64,000 nt of DNA, taken from NCBI GenBank assembly GCA_963810925.1, contig CAWEPF010000007.1:13250-77249 (forward strand). The letters are read 5' to 3'. Below are positions 1 to 16,589 of the stretch, one piece after another. Position 1 is the stretch's first letter, and each line of letters starts with the position of its first letter. A program made the translations under genes and the position numbers. The stretch comes from an uncultured Chloroflexia bacterium (GTDB taxonomy: Bacteria; Chloroflexota; Limnocylindria; QHBO01). Under the pieces are notes generated by a model, which saw only the letters and a list, made by a program, of their open reading frames with translations, did not search any database and was not told the DNA's origin.

Positions 1-1416
1 GCGCGGGTCGGCCCGGGAATGGTCTTCTTCCTGGTTGGCATGGGCACCCTGGCCTGGGCCGGCATCGTGGCCAGCCTGACCTCGCGCGCCGCAACCCGGG
101 ACCTGCGCGACGTGGTGACCCTCGCCGCGCGGGGTGACACCGACACCGGGGGCGGCGCGAGCGGTGGCGAGGACCTGGGGGCCGTCCAGCGCCAGCTGCG
201 GGCCACGCTCGACGAGCGCAACCGCCAGATCTCGACCCTGGCCGCGGACGTGGCCGGAGCCCCGATCACCGGTGGTCCGGTCGAAGTGGCGGCCCGGGTG
301 GTCGCGGTCGCGCGCCAGGTGACCGGGGATCCGACCTGGCTCCTGGTCGTGATGCGAGCCGCCGATCCGGCGGTGCTCCCGGCGGGCGTGTACACCGATG
401 ATCCGGCCGCCACGCCCCGACCGGTGGGCGAGCTCGAGCAATGGGCCGCGGTCAGCGGCGAGCCCGCCCGCCTCCAGCCGCGCTACCTGGTGGGGCCGTG
501 GGGCGCGGTGGTGGCCGTGGACGCCTCGAGCGGTGATGAGCTGGCGGCCGTCCTGCTGGCCCCGTGGGAAGGCCGTCCCGAACCCACCAGGGCGGAACGC
601 GACCTCATGAGCGTCATCGCCCAGGTGGCGGCATCGGCCATGGATCATTCGCTCCTGTACGCCCGACTCCGTGTCCAGACCGATGAGCTCAACCGCCTGG
701 CCGCGGTCCAGCGCGACTTCCTGCGTGGCATCACCCACGACCTGCAGACGCCCCTGACCAGCATCCGGGCGTTGGCCGCGGACATCGGTCAGGAGGCCGA
801 CCTCACCGACCAGGCCCGATCCGATCTCGAAACGATCACCCATCAGGCCGATCGGCTGCGGCGCATGGTGGGTCAGCTGCTGGCCGTGTCGCGCCTCGAG
901 GCAGGGGCCCTGGAGCCGCGCCAGGAGGTGTTCCGGGTGGAGCCCATCGTCGAGCGGACCTGGGAGGCGCTCCGCGCCGACCGGCCGTTCGCCTTCCAGT
1001 CCATCGGTCCCACCCAGCTGGCGGTCGGCGATCCGGATCGGTTCGAGCAGGTGCTGTGGGCTGTGCTCGACAACGCCGTCAAGTACTCGCCCGCGCGCTC
1101 GGAAATCGCGGTCACCCTCACCGCAGAGCCGCCAGGAGGTCCCGGGACGTCCGGCGGGAGCTGGTGCGAGGTCGCCGTGGCCGACCGGGGCCTGGGCATG
1201 TCTCCGTCGGTCCAGGAGCACGCCTTCGACCAGTTCTTCCGGTCGGAAGAGGCACGGAAGGCCGCGCCCGATGGCAGCGGGATCGGCCTGTACGCCGCGC
1301 GGGGCCTGATCGAGGCCATGGGCGGGTCGGTCCACCTCGAATCGAAGGCGGCGGAAGGTACGACGGTCCGGATCCGTCTTCCCGCAGAGCCTGTTGACGC
1401 GGATGGAGCCGAATGA
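1..1416 (+). CDS. Sensor histidine kinase (HisKA + HATPase), probably 5'-truncated by the window edge
   Basis: H-box THDLQTPLTSI, N-box LDNAVKYS, G1 DRGLG, G2 GSGIGL; frame is open from base 1. Confidence 0.9.
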   Translation, partial: ARVGPGMVFFLVGMGTLAWAGIVASLTSRAATRDLRDVVTLAARGDTDTGGGASGGEDLGAVQRQLRATLDERNRQISTLAADVAGAPITGGPVEVAARVVAVARQVTGDPTWLLVVMRAADPAVLPAGVYTDDPAATPRPVGELEQWAAVSGEPARLQPRYLVGPWGAVVAVDASSGDELAAVLLAPWEGRPEPTRAERDLMSVIAQVAASAMDHSLLYARLRVQTDELNRLAAVQRDFLRGITHDLQTPLTSIRALAADIGQEADLTDQARSDLETITHQADRLRRMVGQLLAVSRLEAGALEPRQEVFRVEPIVERTWEALRADRPFAFQSIGPTQLAVGDPDRFEQVLWAVLDNAVKYSPARSEIAVTLTAEPPGGPGTSGGSWCEVAVADRGLGMSPSVQEHAFDQFFRSEEARKAAPDGSGIGLYAARGLIEAMGGSVHLESKAAEGTTVRIRLPAEPVDADGAE

Positions 1417-1790
1417 CCCAAATGACCGATTGGCTCGAGGTCAGCAACCCCGCCCGGGACACGGTCCTGGCACACCGATGCCGGGTCGCGCGCTCGATGC
1501 GCGACCGCACGGTGGGCCTGCTCGGCACGAGCCAAGTCGGCCCGGGGGACGGGCTGTGGATCGAGCGATCGCCGTCCATCCACATGTTCTTCATGCGCTA
1601 CGCGATCGACGTCGTGTTCGTGGACGACGCGGGCCGCGTGATACGGGTCGTGGAGCGGCTCCGGCCGTGGCGGATCGTGGCCTGGGTCCGCGGCGCGCGC
1701 GATTGCATCGAGCTGCCCGCGGGGTCCGTGGGTCCAACGGGAACCGTGGCCGGTGACGTGCTCGCCACGCGGGCCGTAAGCGGGGAGTAA
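1413..1790 (+). CDS. DUF192 domain protein
   Basis: Motifs R..GLLG, GLWI, SIHMFFMRYAIDVVFVD, IELPAG; ATGA overlap with the kinase stop. Confidence 0.9.
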   Translation: MTQMTDWLEVSNPARDTVLAHRCRVARSMRDRTVGLLGTSQVGPGDGLWIERSPSIHMFFMRYAIDVVFVDDAGRVIRVVERLRPWRIVAWVRGARDCIELPAGSVGPTGTVAGDVLATRAVSGE

Positions 1791-1815
1791 GCCGCCTCCG
1801 CCACGCTCCAGGACC

Positions 1816-2472
1816 ATGGCCATCCTGGACGTCCTCCTGCCACCCTCCTGTGCCGGGTGCGGCCAGTACGGCTCGGCCATCTGTGTCGCGTGCCGCAACA
1901 GCTTCCGAACGGTTGGGTGTGACGGGTTCCTGGCCCCGGATCCCGGGGTCCTCGTCGGTGACGCGTGCATCGTCGCCGTCGCCGCGTTCGCCCACGACGA
2001 GGCCATCCAGCGCGTGCTGCGCCGGCTCAAGTACGGTGGTGGGGCACGACTCGCGGCTCCCCTGGCCGATCTGGCGCTCCCCGCCTTCCGACGCCTGCTG
2101 GGAGAGACCGGACCGGTGGTCCTGGTCCCCGTCCCGCTCCACGTGGAACGGCGGCGGGACCGCGGCTACAACCAGGCGGACCTCCTGGCCCAGCGCCTGG
2201 GACGACAAACCCGAACGGGCGTGTGGGCGGGGCTCGTCCGGCGACGGGCAACCGCCCGGCAGCATGGACTCGATCGCGCCACCCGACTCCGCAACCTGCG
2301 TGACGCGATGGGCGTTGGTCGCACGCCACCGCCCATGGGGCTCGGGCACATGACGGTGATCCTGGTGGACGACATCCTGACCACGGGCGCCACCCTCGAG
2401 GCCAGCGCCGGCGTTCTGCGCGCGGCCGGAGTTGCGGCGGTGTACGGGTTCGCCATCGCGCGCGAGGTCTGA
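1816..2472 (+). CDS. comF: ComF family amidophosphoribosyltransferase-like competence protein
   Basis: N-terminal CAGC...CVAC zinc ribbon, VPVPLH, RGYNQA, LVDDILTTGATL PRT motif. Confidence 0.9.
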   Translation: MAILDVLLPPSCAGCGQYGSAICVACRNSFRTVGCDGFLAPDPGVLVGDACIVAVAAFAHDEAIQRVLRRLKYGGGARLAAPLADLALPAFRRLLGETGPVVLVPVPLHVERRRDRGYNQADLLAQRLGRQTRTGVWAGLVRRRATARQHGLDRATRLRNLRDAMGVGRTPPPMGLGHMTVILVDDILTTGATLEASAGVLRAAGVAAVYGFAIAREV

Positions 2473-2503
2473 CCCGGGTCGGCCGCCGCCGGGCGGCGTG
2501 GAC

Positions 2504-2638
2504 TCAGCCGGCGAGGATGGGGAGGAGCAGCAGAGCCGCCACGATCCCGATCAGGGCGATGAAGAACACGAGCAGCGCGATCGTCAGCAGATCGGGTCCG
2601 CTGGCGGGCTGGATACGCTCAGGCTCGGGTTCGGTCAC
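2504..2638 (-). CDS. Small single-pass membrane protein (44 aa), absent from the ORF track
   Basis: GTG..TGA; MTEPEPERIQPASGPDLLTIALLVFFIALIGIVAALLLLPILAG; extended -10 TGgTAGCGT 6 nt upstream. Confidence 0.65.
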   Translation of the reverse strand: MTEPEPERIQPASGPDLLTIALLVFFIALIGIVAALLLLPILAG

Positions 2639-2675
2639 GCAAGCACGCTACCAGACGGGCACATGCCCACACGCC

Positions 2676-3113
2676 TCAGGAGCGGGAGCGGACCTCGGCG
2701 GTCGGGGCAGCGTCGCCGTTCGTCCCGGCTCGAGCCACGTCGTGGCCGGGCGTGCCCGGGCGCATGCGCCGCGATCGCACGGTGATGTAGGCCTGCATGA
2801 GCTCCCGCACGTCGGTTTCGTTCAACAGCTCATCACCGCGCAGGGCGTACTCGACCCGGCTGGTGGGCATGAGCTGGCGTGCGGCGAGGCCGGCGAAGTA
2901 GGTTGGGCCCTCGGACTCGTCGTGGATCTCGCGCAGGCCTCGCGCCAGCTTGGTGGCGGTTCCCAGCGAAGGCATTCGGTCGCCCTTGATGAGCCGGGAG
3001 ATGGTCGAATGATCGACCCCCGACTGGAGCGCCAACTGTCGCTGGCTCATCTTCTTTTCCTTCAACTGGCCGCGAAGCCAGCTGTTGAAGGAGCGCGGCG
3101 TCTGGAGCGTCAT
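2676..3113 (-). CDS. XRE-family helix-turn-helix transcriptional regulator
   Basis: MSQRQLALQSGVDHSTISRLIKGDRMPSLGT is a typical HTH_3 motif. Confidence 0.88.
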   Translation of the reverse strand: MTLQTPRSFNSWLRGQLKEKKMSQRQLALQSGVDHSTISRLIKGDRMPSLGTATKLARGLREIHDESEGPTYFAGLAARQLMPTSRVEYALRGDELLNETDVRELMQAYITVRSRRMRPGTPGHDVARAGTNGDAAPTAEVRSRS

Positions 3114-3219
3114 CCACGAGGCTCATACGGCGCGCGTCACCTGCAGCGCAGGTGGTGCGTGCGCGCACCCGAAGCATCACCGTCGAGGCGAACCGCCTCA
3201 ATGGGACGAAGGTACCGAC

Positions 3220-7449
<4,230 letters not shown>

Positions 7450-7459
7450 CGGTCTGGCC

Positions 7460-7786
7460 CTACGCGGGCCACGCCTCCTTCCACTCGTGACCACCCAGGT
7501 GGTGCCCGTCACACAGGCCCAGCCGGCCCCCCATGTGGCGCGAGGGGAGCAGCGGCTGCATGCCGTCCTCGACCGCGGTGGGCTGCCGATTGCAGAGCAT
7601 GTACTGATTCTCGCGCAGCCACTCGTACAGATGCGCGCTCGAGCAGAAGGCGAAGCGGCGGGTGAAATTCGAGCTGCCCACCAGATCGGGGCCGCCGCCC
7701 ATGCCGATCGGTCCGCTCTCGCGCACGATGTCGATCCGTACCGGGAGGGCGCCGCTCCGCGCCCCGCACCGTTCGCAGCTCAGCAC
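7460..7786 (-). CDS. Hypothetical Cys/His-rich putative metal-binding protein (108 aa)
   Basis: CERC...FCSSAHL...LCN...CDGHHLGGH; fills the gap upstream of murA on the same strand. Confidence 0.65.
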   Translation of the reverse strand: MLSCERCGARSGALPVRIDIVRESGPIGMGGGPDLVGSSNFTRRFAFCSSAHLYEWLRENQYMLCNRQPTAVEDGMQPLLPSRHMGGRLGLCDGHHLGGHEWKEAWPA

Positions 7787-7799
7787 GACGGCCTGTCGG

Positions 7800-7988
7800 T
7801 CACCCGAGGTAGTGGTCGCCGTCGTCCTCGCGGTGGCGCGCGACGAACTCGGGATCCAGGTTGGGGTCTGATCCGGGGGGCGACCCGCGATGCGGCTTGA
7901 AGTCCACCGGGCAGATGAACGGGTAGTCCCGGCTGATCTTCCGGAACTCCTGCATCCGCCGGAACGGCTTGTCTGGCTGGTCGCTCAC
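7800..7988 (-). CDS. Hypothetical small protein (62 aa)
   Basis: GC-rich third positions; -10-like GATACT 6 nt before the GTG start. Confidence 0.6.
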   Translation of the reverse strand: MSDQPDKPFRRMQEFRKISRDYPFICPVDFKPHRGSPPGSDPNLDPEFVARHREDDGDHYLG

Positions 7989-8002
7989 CGGACCAGTATC
8001 GG

Positions 8003-10711
<2,709 letters not shown>

Positions 10712-10712
<1 letters not shown>

Positions 10713-12241
10713 CAGGCGGCGGACTCCTCCGCTCCGAAGCCTGCATCGCGGCGATACGCGGCAACGGCGGCCTTCAGCGCTTCCTGCGACGCATCGGAGA
10801 TCGCCTTCTCCTTGGCGACGGTCGGGAGCAGGTCGGCGTGGTTCTGGTCGAGGAACCGATAGAACCCGCTCTCGAACTCCTTGACCTTGGGTGTGGGCAC
10901 GTCGTCCAGGTAGCCGTTCGTGCCGGCCCAGATGATCGCCACCTGGCGCTCAACCGAGAGGGGGGCGAACTGGGGCTGCTTGAGGATCTCGGTCAGCTTC
11001 TCGCCACGGGTCAGCTGGTCGCGGGTTGCCTTGTCGAGGTCCGATGCGAACTGCGCGAAGGCGGCCAGCTCGCGGTACTGGGCCAGGTCCAGGCGGAGGC
11101 GGCCGGCGACCTGGCGCATGGCCTTGATCTGGGCATTGCCACCTACCCGGCTCACGCTCAGGCCGGCGTTCACTGCGGGCCGCTGCCCCTGGTTGAACAG
11201 GTCGGTCTGCATGTGGATCTGGCCGTCGGTGATGCTGATCACGTTGGTCGGGATGTAGGCCGACAGGTCGCCCGCCTGGGTCTCGATGATCGGCAGCGCG
11301 GTCAGCGAGCCGCCGCCGTGCTCCTTGCCCATCCGGGCGGCCCGCTCGAGCAACCGGGAGTGGGCATAGAAGATGTCGCCCGGGTAGGCCTCGCGGCCGG
11401 GCGGGCGGCGCATGAGGAGCGACACCTGGCGGTAGGCCCAGGCGTGCTTGGAGAGGTCGTCGTAGATGCACAGCGCGTCCCGCCCGTTCTCCATGAACTC
11501 CTCGCCCATGGCGGCTCCGGCGTAGGGAGCCAGGAACTGGATGGGCGCAGGGTCCGAGGCCCCGGCGACGACCACGATCGAGTGGCCCATGGCCCCGTGC
11601 TCCTCGAGCTGGGCCACGATCTGGGCCACGGTCGACAGCTTCTGACCGATGGCCACGTACACGCAGATCAGGTCCTGGCCCTTCTGGTTGATGATCGTGT
11701 CGACCGCGATCGCCGTCTTGCCGGTCTGGCGGTCGCCCAGGATCAGCTCGCGCTGGCCCCGGCCGATGGGGATCATGGAGTCGATGGCCTTGATCCCGGT
11801 CTGGACCGGGGTGTCCACCGGCTGACGGACGATGACACCGGGGGCGATCCGCTCGACCGGGCGGAACTGGCTCGTTTCGATGGGGCCCTTGCCGTCCAGG
11901 GGGTTTCCCAGCGGGTCCACCACTCGACCGATGAGCGCGTCACCGACCGGGACCTGGACCACGCGTCCGGTGGTCTTGACCTGGTCGCCCTCCTTGAGAG
12001 CGGTGTAGTCGCCCAGGATCAGGGCGCCGACCGTCTCCTCTTCGAGGTTGAAGGCCATGCCCATGACTCCACCGGGGAACTCGAGCAGCTCCGAGGCGAG
12101 CGCGCCCGACAGGCCGTACACCTGGGCGATGCCGTCGCCCACCTCCACGATGGTGCCGACACCGGCGACGTCGGCGCCCTCGGTGAAGCTGCGGATCTCG
12201 TCGCGAATGATCGACGTGATCTCATCGGATCGAATGGCCAT
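10712..12241 (-). CDS. atpA: ATP synthase F1 alpha subunit
   Basis: [27 protein letters not shown]. Confidence 0.99.
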
Positions 12242-12256
12242 GGGTGTGCGTTCTCC

Positions 12257-12793
12257 TCAGATCGTGGTCAGGCGCATCCGCAGCCGTTCGAGCCGGCTCC
12301 GGACGCTCGCGTCATACAGTTGGTCGCCGATGCGGACCGCCACCCCGCCGATCAGGCCCGGATCCACCACTTCGGTGATCTCCACCTGACGACCGGCAAG
12401 GCGCTCGACGGTCTTTTCCAGCTCGGCTCGCTCGTCGTCCCCGAGCGGAAGCGCCGTCCGAACCTCGGCCCTGGCAATCCCTCGGTCCCGCCGCAGCAGC
12501 TCTTCGAAGTGCTGGTGCATGCGGGGAATGGCTCCCGGGCGGCCCCGCCGAATCATGAGCAGGACCAGGTTCATCGGTCCGGCGCCCACGTCGGTGACCG
12601 CTCGGCGGAGCACCCGCTCCTTCTCGGCGAACGGGATGGCCGGATGCTCGAACACCTCGCGCAGCGCGGGAATCGCTGCCGCTTCGGTCAGCACCCCCAG
12701 GTCCGCCTGCCAGGCGTCGAGGGCGTGGTCATCCCGGGCCACCTGGAAAGCGGCCTCGGCATAGCGGCGAGCGGCGGTGTCGCGTCGGGCCAT
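12257..12793 (-). CDS. atpH: ATP synthase F1 delta subunit
   Basis: ARRYAEA, VDPGLIGG, DASVRSRL. Confidence 0.96.
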   Translation of the reverse strand: MARRDTAARRYAEAAFQVARDDHALDAWQADLGVLTEAAAIPALREVFEHPAIPFAEKERVLRRAVTDVGAGPMNLVLLMIRRGRPGAIPRMHQHFEELLRRDRGIARAEVRTALPLGDDERAELEKTVERLAGRQVEITEVVDPGLIGGVAVRIGDQLYDASVRSRLERLRMRLTTI

Positions 12794-12796
12794 GGG

Positions 12797-13294
12797 TCAG
12801 TTGCGGTTCTCCGAGAGGAACTGCTCCACCAGGCGACGCTGAGTGGGCTCGTTCATCTCGGATCCCACGAGCTTGCCGGCGGCCTCCAGGGCGAGGTCGG
12901 CGACCTCTCCGCGGATCTCGGCCAGGGCGCGGTCCTTCTCCGCGGCAATCTCGTCCCGCGCGCGGGACGCGATCTGCTCGGCGTCGGTGCGTGCCTTGGC
13001 GAGGATGTCGGCGCTCGTGGCTTCGGCCGTCTTTGCGGCGCGCTGGACCATGGCCTCGGCCTCGCGACGCGCCTCGGCCAGGGCGGCCTCACGCTCGGCT
13101 CGAGCCAGCTCCCGGTCGCGGGCGGCCGCCTCGGCGTTTTCCAATCCTTCCTCGAGCTTCTGCTTCCGTTCGTCGATCCGGCGCAGCGCCGACTTGAACA
13201 GGAACCTGTTCAGCAGATAGAGGAGGAGCAGGAAGTTGACGATCTGGAAGGCGAGCTTCCAGATGTCGACGCCAAACGCCTCGAAAAAAGCCAT
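12797..13294 (-). CDS. atpF: ATP synthase Fo b subunit
   Basis: N-terminal TM (QIVNFLLLLYLL) followed by a long coiled coil. Confidence 0.95.
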   Translation of the reverse strand: MAFFEAFGVDIWKLAFQIVNFLLLLYLLNRFLFKSALRRIDERKQKLEEGLENAEAAARDRELARAEREAALAEARREAEAMVQRAAKTAEATSADILAKARTDAEQIASRARDEIAAEKDRALAEIRGEVADLALEAAGKLVGSEMNEPTQRRLVEQFLSENRN

Positions 13295-13304
13295 GGTGGG
13301 ACGC

Positions 13305-13544
13305 TCAGACCGCGAAGATCAGGATGAGGCCGATGACCAGGGCGTAGATCGCCATGGCCTCGGTCAGGGCCAGGCCCAGGATGTAGGGCACGAAGATGGT
13401 GCCCGACGCGTCCGGGTTGCGGCCGATGGCCTCCATGGCCTTGCTGAAGCCGATCCCGATCCCAATGCCCGGACCGATGGTGCCAAGGCCGATGGCGAGA
13501 CCAGCGGCAAGAAGTTGGAATTCCACGGTGTTCGTTTCCTCCAC
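13305..13544 (-). CDS. atpE: ATP synthase Fo c subunit (start may be the GTG at 13529)
   Basis: GxGxGxG, GRNPD, ALTEAMAIY with the carrier Glu. Confidence 0.96.
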   Translation of the reverse strand: MEETNTVEFQLLAAGLAIGLGTIGPGIGIGIGFSKAMEAIGRNPDASGTIFVPYILGLALTEAMAIYALVIGLILIFAV

Positions 13545-13576
13545 TGCGCTCCGCGGAAGGGGCGGAGCCTCCCCTT

Positions 13577-14389
13577 TCAGGCCGTGCCCGGTTCGGGTCC
13601 GGCGTCTGGGTGATGGGTCGCGGCCCCGTGGCCCTCACCCTCGCCGTGCTGCCGGTGCTCGGCAATGGCAAGGGTGATGTAGGTCATCGTCAGCAGCGCG
13701 AAGACAAGGGCCTGGACGAAGCCGAACAACAGCTCGAAGCCCAGGAATACGACGGGCACGACAAGCGGCACGAGGGCCAGCATGACGGCCAGCAGGACCT
13801 CTCCCGCGAAGACGTTGCCGAACAGCCGCATCGAGAGGCTGATCAGCCGGGAAAGCTCGCTGATGATATGGATGGGGGTCAGCAGGGGGGTCATGTACGC
13901 CGGCTCGGCGATGAGAGTTTCCTTGAGGTACCCGCCCAGGCCATTCGCCCGGATGCCCCATCCGACGAAGGCCACGAACGCGATGATCGCCAGGCCCAGC
14001 GTGAAGTTGAGATCCGCGGCGGCGGCCCGCACGTAGGGAACCAGTTCTTGCTCCCCGCTCTCGCCCCGGACCGCCTGCCCGATCACCCCCACTCCGGGGA
14101 GCAGGCCGATCAGGTTGGCCACCAGGACGAACATGAAGATGGCGACGACCAACCCCACGAACTCGCGCCAGCGCTTGCCGCCCGTGCCCCGGACGATGTC
14201 CGCCAGCCACTCGATCGGCAGCTCGACGATGGCCTGGAAGCGGCCGGGGACGAGTGCCGCCCTGCGGCGGACGACGACCGTGGCGATCAGCAGGAGGGCG
14301 CTGGCGATGAGCGCGCCAACCATGCTGTTGGTGAAGATCAGGGGGCCGATCTGGAACAGGGGCTCCGCGGCGATGTCGACGTGGACCAG
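13577..14389 (-). CDS. atpB: ATP synthase Fo a subunit, probably starting at a CTG
   Basis: SLSMRLFGNVFAGE, VQALVF; AtpB-like N-terminus HVDIAAEPLFQIGPLIFTNS lies upstream of the first ATG (14323). Confidence 0.93.
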   Translation of the reverse strand: MVHVDIAAEPLFQIGPLIFTNSMVGALIASALLLIATVVVRRRAALVPGRFQAIVELPIEWLADIVRGTGGKRWREFVGLVVAIFMFVLVANLIGLLPGVGVIGQAVRGESGEQELVPYVRAAAADLNFTLGLAIIAFVAFVGWGIRANGLGGYLKETLIAEPAYMTPLLTPIHIISELSRLISLSMRLFGNVFAGEVLLAVMLALVPLVVPVVFLGFELLFGFVQALVFALLTMTYITLAIAEHRQHGEGEGHGAATHHPDAGPEPGTA

Positions 14390-14410
14390 GGCGATTGTTC
14401 CTCTGCTTCC

Positions 14411-14608
14411 CTACTTCCGCATCGCTCGCTTCGCGACGTCCCAGATGGTGTACATCGCGGCCGCCACTCCAAACGTGGCGCCCACCAGGGTCAGCAGGGG
14501 TCGGGTCCCGAGCAGGTTGTCCAGCAGCAGGCCGCCGAAAAACCCGATCATCACCGACGCCCCGAGCCGGATCCCCAGATCGAGAGCGATCCCCCAGTTG
14601 TTGTTCAC
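14411..14608 (-). CDS. AtpZ/AtpI family (ATPase gene 1) protein, copy 2
   Basis: Two TM helices with the GLLLDNLLGTRP turn; directly upstream of atpB. Confidence 0.85.
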   Translation of the reverse strand: MNNNWGIALDLGIRLGASVMIGFFGGLLLDNLLGTRPLLTLVGATFGVAAAMYTIWDVAKRAMRK

Positions 14609-14814
14609 GACCGCTGGCGCTTCCGGATGTAGAGCCAGATACCCGCGGCTGACGTGAGGCTGCCGAGTGCCAGACCGCCGAGCACGAAAATCGGCGAGGT
14701 CCCAGCCTGCGCGTCAAGCACCAGACCGATGACCACGCCGCCGAGCATCGGGATGACCATGATCAGGGTGACTTCACCAAGGATCCTGGCCGGCCCGGGG
14801 CTCGTATTGGGCAT
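14605..14814 (-). CDS. AtpZ/AtpI family (ATPase gene 1) protein, copy 1
   Basis: MPNTS...GLVLDAQAGTSP...; GTGA overlap with copy 2; -10 TATACT upstream near 14848-14853. Confidence 0.8.
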   Translation of the reverse strand: MPNTSPGPARILGEVTLIMVIPMLGGVVIGLVLDAQAGTSPIFVLGGLALGSLTSAAGIWLYIRKRQRS

Positions 14815-14885
14815 TGCGCTCGACTCCGGGCGATCGGAAGCCGCGGCGAGTATAGCGTCTGGCTCCGGCGCCCGCCCCTGGTCGG

Positions 14886-16148
14886 TCAGGCGCGTGTCCA
14901 CGCCAATCCGGGCACCGGGAAGCGCTCGGCCAGGGCCACCACCCGCGCCCGGACGGCGGCCTGCGCGTCGGGATCCTCGCGGGCCGCTATCCCATCCACG
15001 AGCAGCGCCCCGATCTGGTCCATCTCGGCGGTCCCCATCCCCCGCCCGGTGACGCACGGCGTCCCCACCCGAACCCCGCTCGCCACCATTGGCGGGTTGG
15101 GGTCGTAGGGGATGGCGTTCTTGTTGACCGTGATGTCCACCTCGCCCAGGGCCTGATCGGCCTCCTTGCCCGTCACCCCGAACGGGGTCACGTCCACCAG
15201 CAGCAAGTGGGTGTCGGTCCCGCCGGACACGAGCGAAGCTCCCCGCTGCGCCAGTGCCTCCCCGAGGGCGCGCGCGTTGTCCACGGTGTGCTGGGCATCG
15301 GCCCGGAACTCAGGGCTCATCGCCTGGTGGAAGGCGACCGCCTTGGCGGCGATCACGTGCATCAGCGGCCCGCCCTGGATGGCGGGAAAGACCGCCCGGT
15401 CGATGTCCTTGGCGTGCGCTTCGCGGCACAGGATCATCGCCCCGCGCGGGCCGCGGAGCGTCTTGTGGGTGGTGGTGGTGACCACGTCCGCGTGGGGCAC
15501 GGGACTCGGGTGCACGCCGCCGGCCACCAGCCCCGCGAAGTGCGACATGTCGGTCATGAGCAGCGCGCCCACTTCGTCGGCAATCTCCCGGAACGCGGCG
15601 AAGTCCCAATGCCGGGGGTATGCCGTGGCGCCGGTCACGATCATCTTGGGACGGTGCTCGCGCGCCAGGGCGCGGACCTCCTCCATGTCGATCAGGTGGG
15701 TCTCGCGGTCCACGTGGTACGGAACGAAGTTGTAGTACTGGCCGCTGAAGTTCACCGGCGAGCCGTGGGTCAGGTGGCCGCCCTGGTCCAGGGCCAGGCC
15801 GAGGACCGTGTCACCCCGCTCGAGGAGGGCGTGGAAGACCGCCATGTTGGCCTGCGCCCCGGCGTGGGGCTGGACGTTCACGTGCTCGGCCCCGAACAGC
15901 TCGCGCGCCCGGTCGCGGGCGAGATTCTCCGCGCGGTCGACGACCTCGCAGCCGCCGTAGTAGCGGCGCCCCGGGTAACCCTCCGCGTACTTGGCGGTCA
16001 GCACCGATCCGGTGGCCTCCAGGACCGCGCGGCTCGGATAGCTCTCGGAGGCGATCAGCTCCAGGTTGGCGTGAGCCCGATGCTCCTCGTCCTGGATCAC
16101 CTGCCAGATCTCGTGGTCCTCGGCCTCCAGGCCGGCCCAGGCGTCCAT
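14886..16148 (-). CDS. glyA: Serine hydroxymethyltransferase
   Basis: [34 protein letters not shown] (PLP lysine). Confidence 0.98.
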   Translation of the reverse strand: MDAWAGLEAEDHEIWQVIQDEEHRAHANLELIASESYPSRAVLEATGSVLTAKYAEGYPGRRYYGGCEVVDRAENLARDRARELFGAEHVNVQPHAGAQANMAVFHALLERGDTVLGLALDQGGHLTHGSPVNFSGQYYNFVPYHVDRETHLIDMEEVRALAREHRPKMIVTGATAYPRHWDFAAFREIADEVGALLMTDMSHFAGLVAGGVHPSPVPHADVVTTTTHKTLRGPRGAMILCREAHAKDIDRAVFPAIQGGPLMHVIAAKAVAFHQAMSPEFRADAQHTVDNARALGEALAQRGASLVSGGTDTHLLLVDVTPFGVTGKEADQALGEVDITVNKNAIPYDPNPPMVASGVRVGTPCVTGRGMGTAEMDQIGALLVDGIAAREDPDAQAAVRARVVALAERFPVPGLAWTRA

Positions 16149-16187
16149 CGGTCTGTCTCTCCTCCGTCGGGTGGTCGGAGGGCGAGT

Positions 16188-16589
16188 CTAGACCGTGACC
16201 GTGCCGTCCGAACCGATGTCGACGGCTGCGCCGTCGATGATCCGCGCCAGCTCGGCCGGCGCCAGGACGACGATGGGCACCTGGATCCCGTACAGCTCCT
16301 CCCCGACGGCAGCGCCCAGGGCCAGGATGAGGTCCACTTCCCCGATGACGATGGCCGCCGGGGCGGTGCCCGCCCGGATGGCCTCCGCCAGCACACTGGC
16401 CGACGAGGACGACCCGCGGGCACTCGGCATCACGACTATGCGTCCCGCCAGGCTGGCGCCGGCCTGTGGATGGCGGGGCTCGCTCACCAGGCCGGTGGCG
16501 GGGTCCATCCCGCCCCACAGGGACAGCGGCTCGCCGAGGACCAGCGCGGTGCCGCGTGCCGTGCCGGGGGCCAGCTGGCGACCGATCAC
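16188..16589 (-). CDS. Aconitase X swivel subunit (DUF126)
   Basis: PLSLWGGMDPATG, HPQAG, RGSSS; GTGA overlap with the large subunit. Confidence 0.9.
   Translation of the reverse strand: MIGRQLAPGTARGTALVLGEPLSLWGGMDPATGLVSEPRHPQAGASLAGRIVVMPSARGSSSSASVLAEAIRAGTAPAAIVIGEVDLILALGAAVGEELYGIQVPIVVLAPAELARIIDGAAVDIGSDGTVTV

Noticed and set aside
2135-2150. parS-like CGCTCCACGTGGAACG inside comF
   Set aside because: Imperfect palindrome explainable by the conserved PLH codons; needs ChIP evidence
7786-7802. TGA read-through or selenocysteine joining the two small ORFs
   Set aside because: The ORFs are in different frames
13305-13544. Sodium-translocating ATP synthase
   Set aside because: The c subunit reads TEA and lacks the Q...ES/T sodium signature
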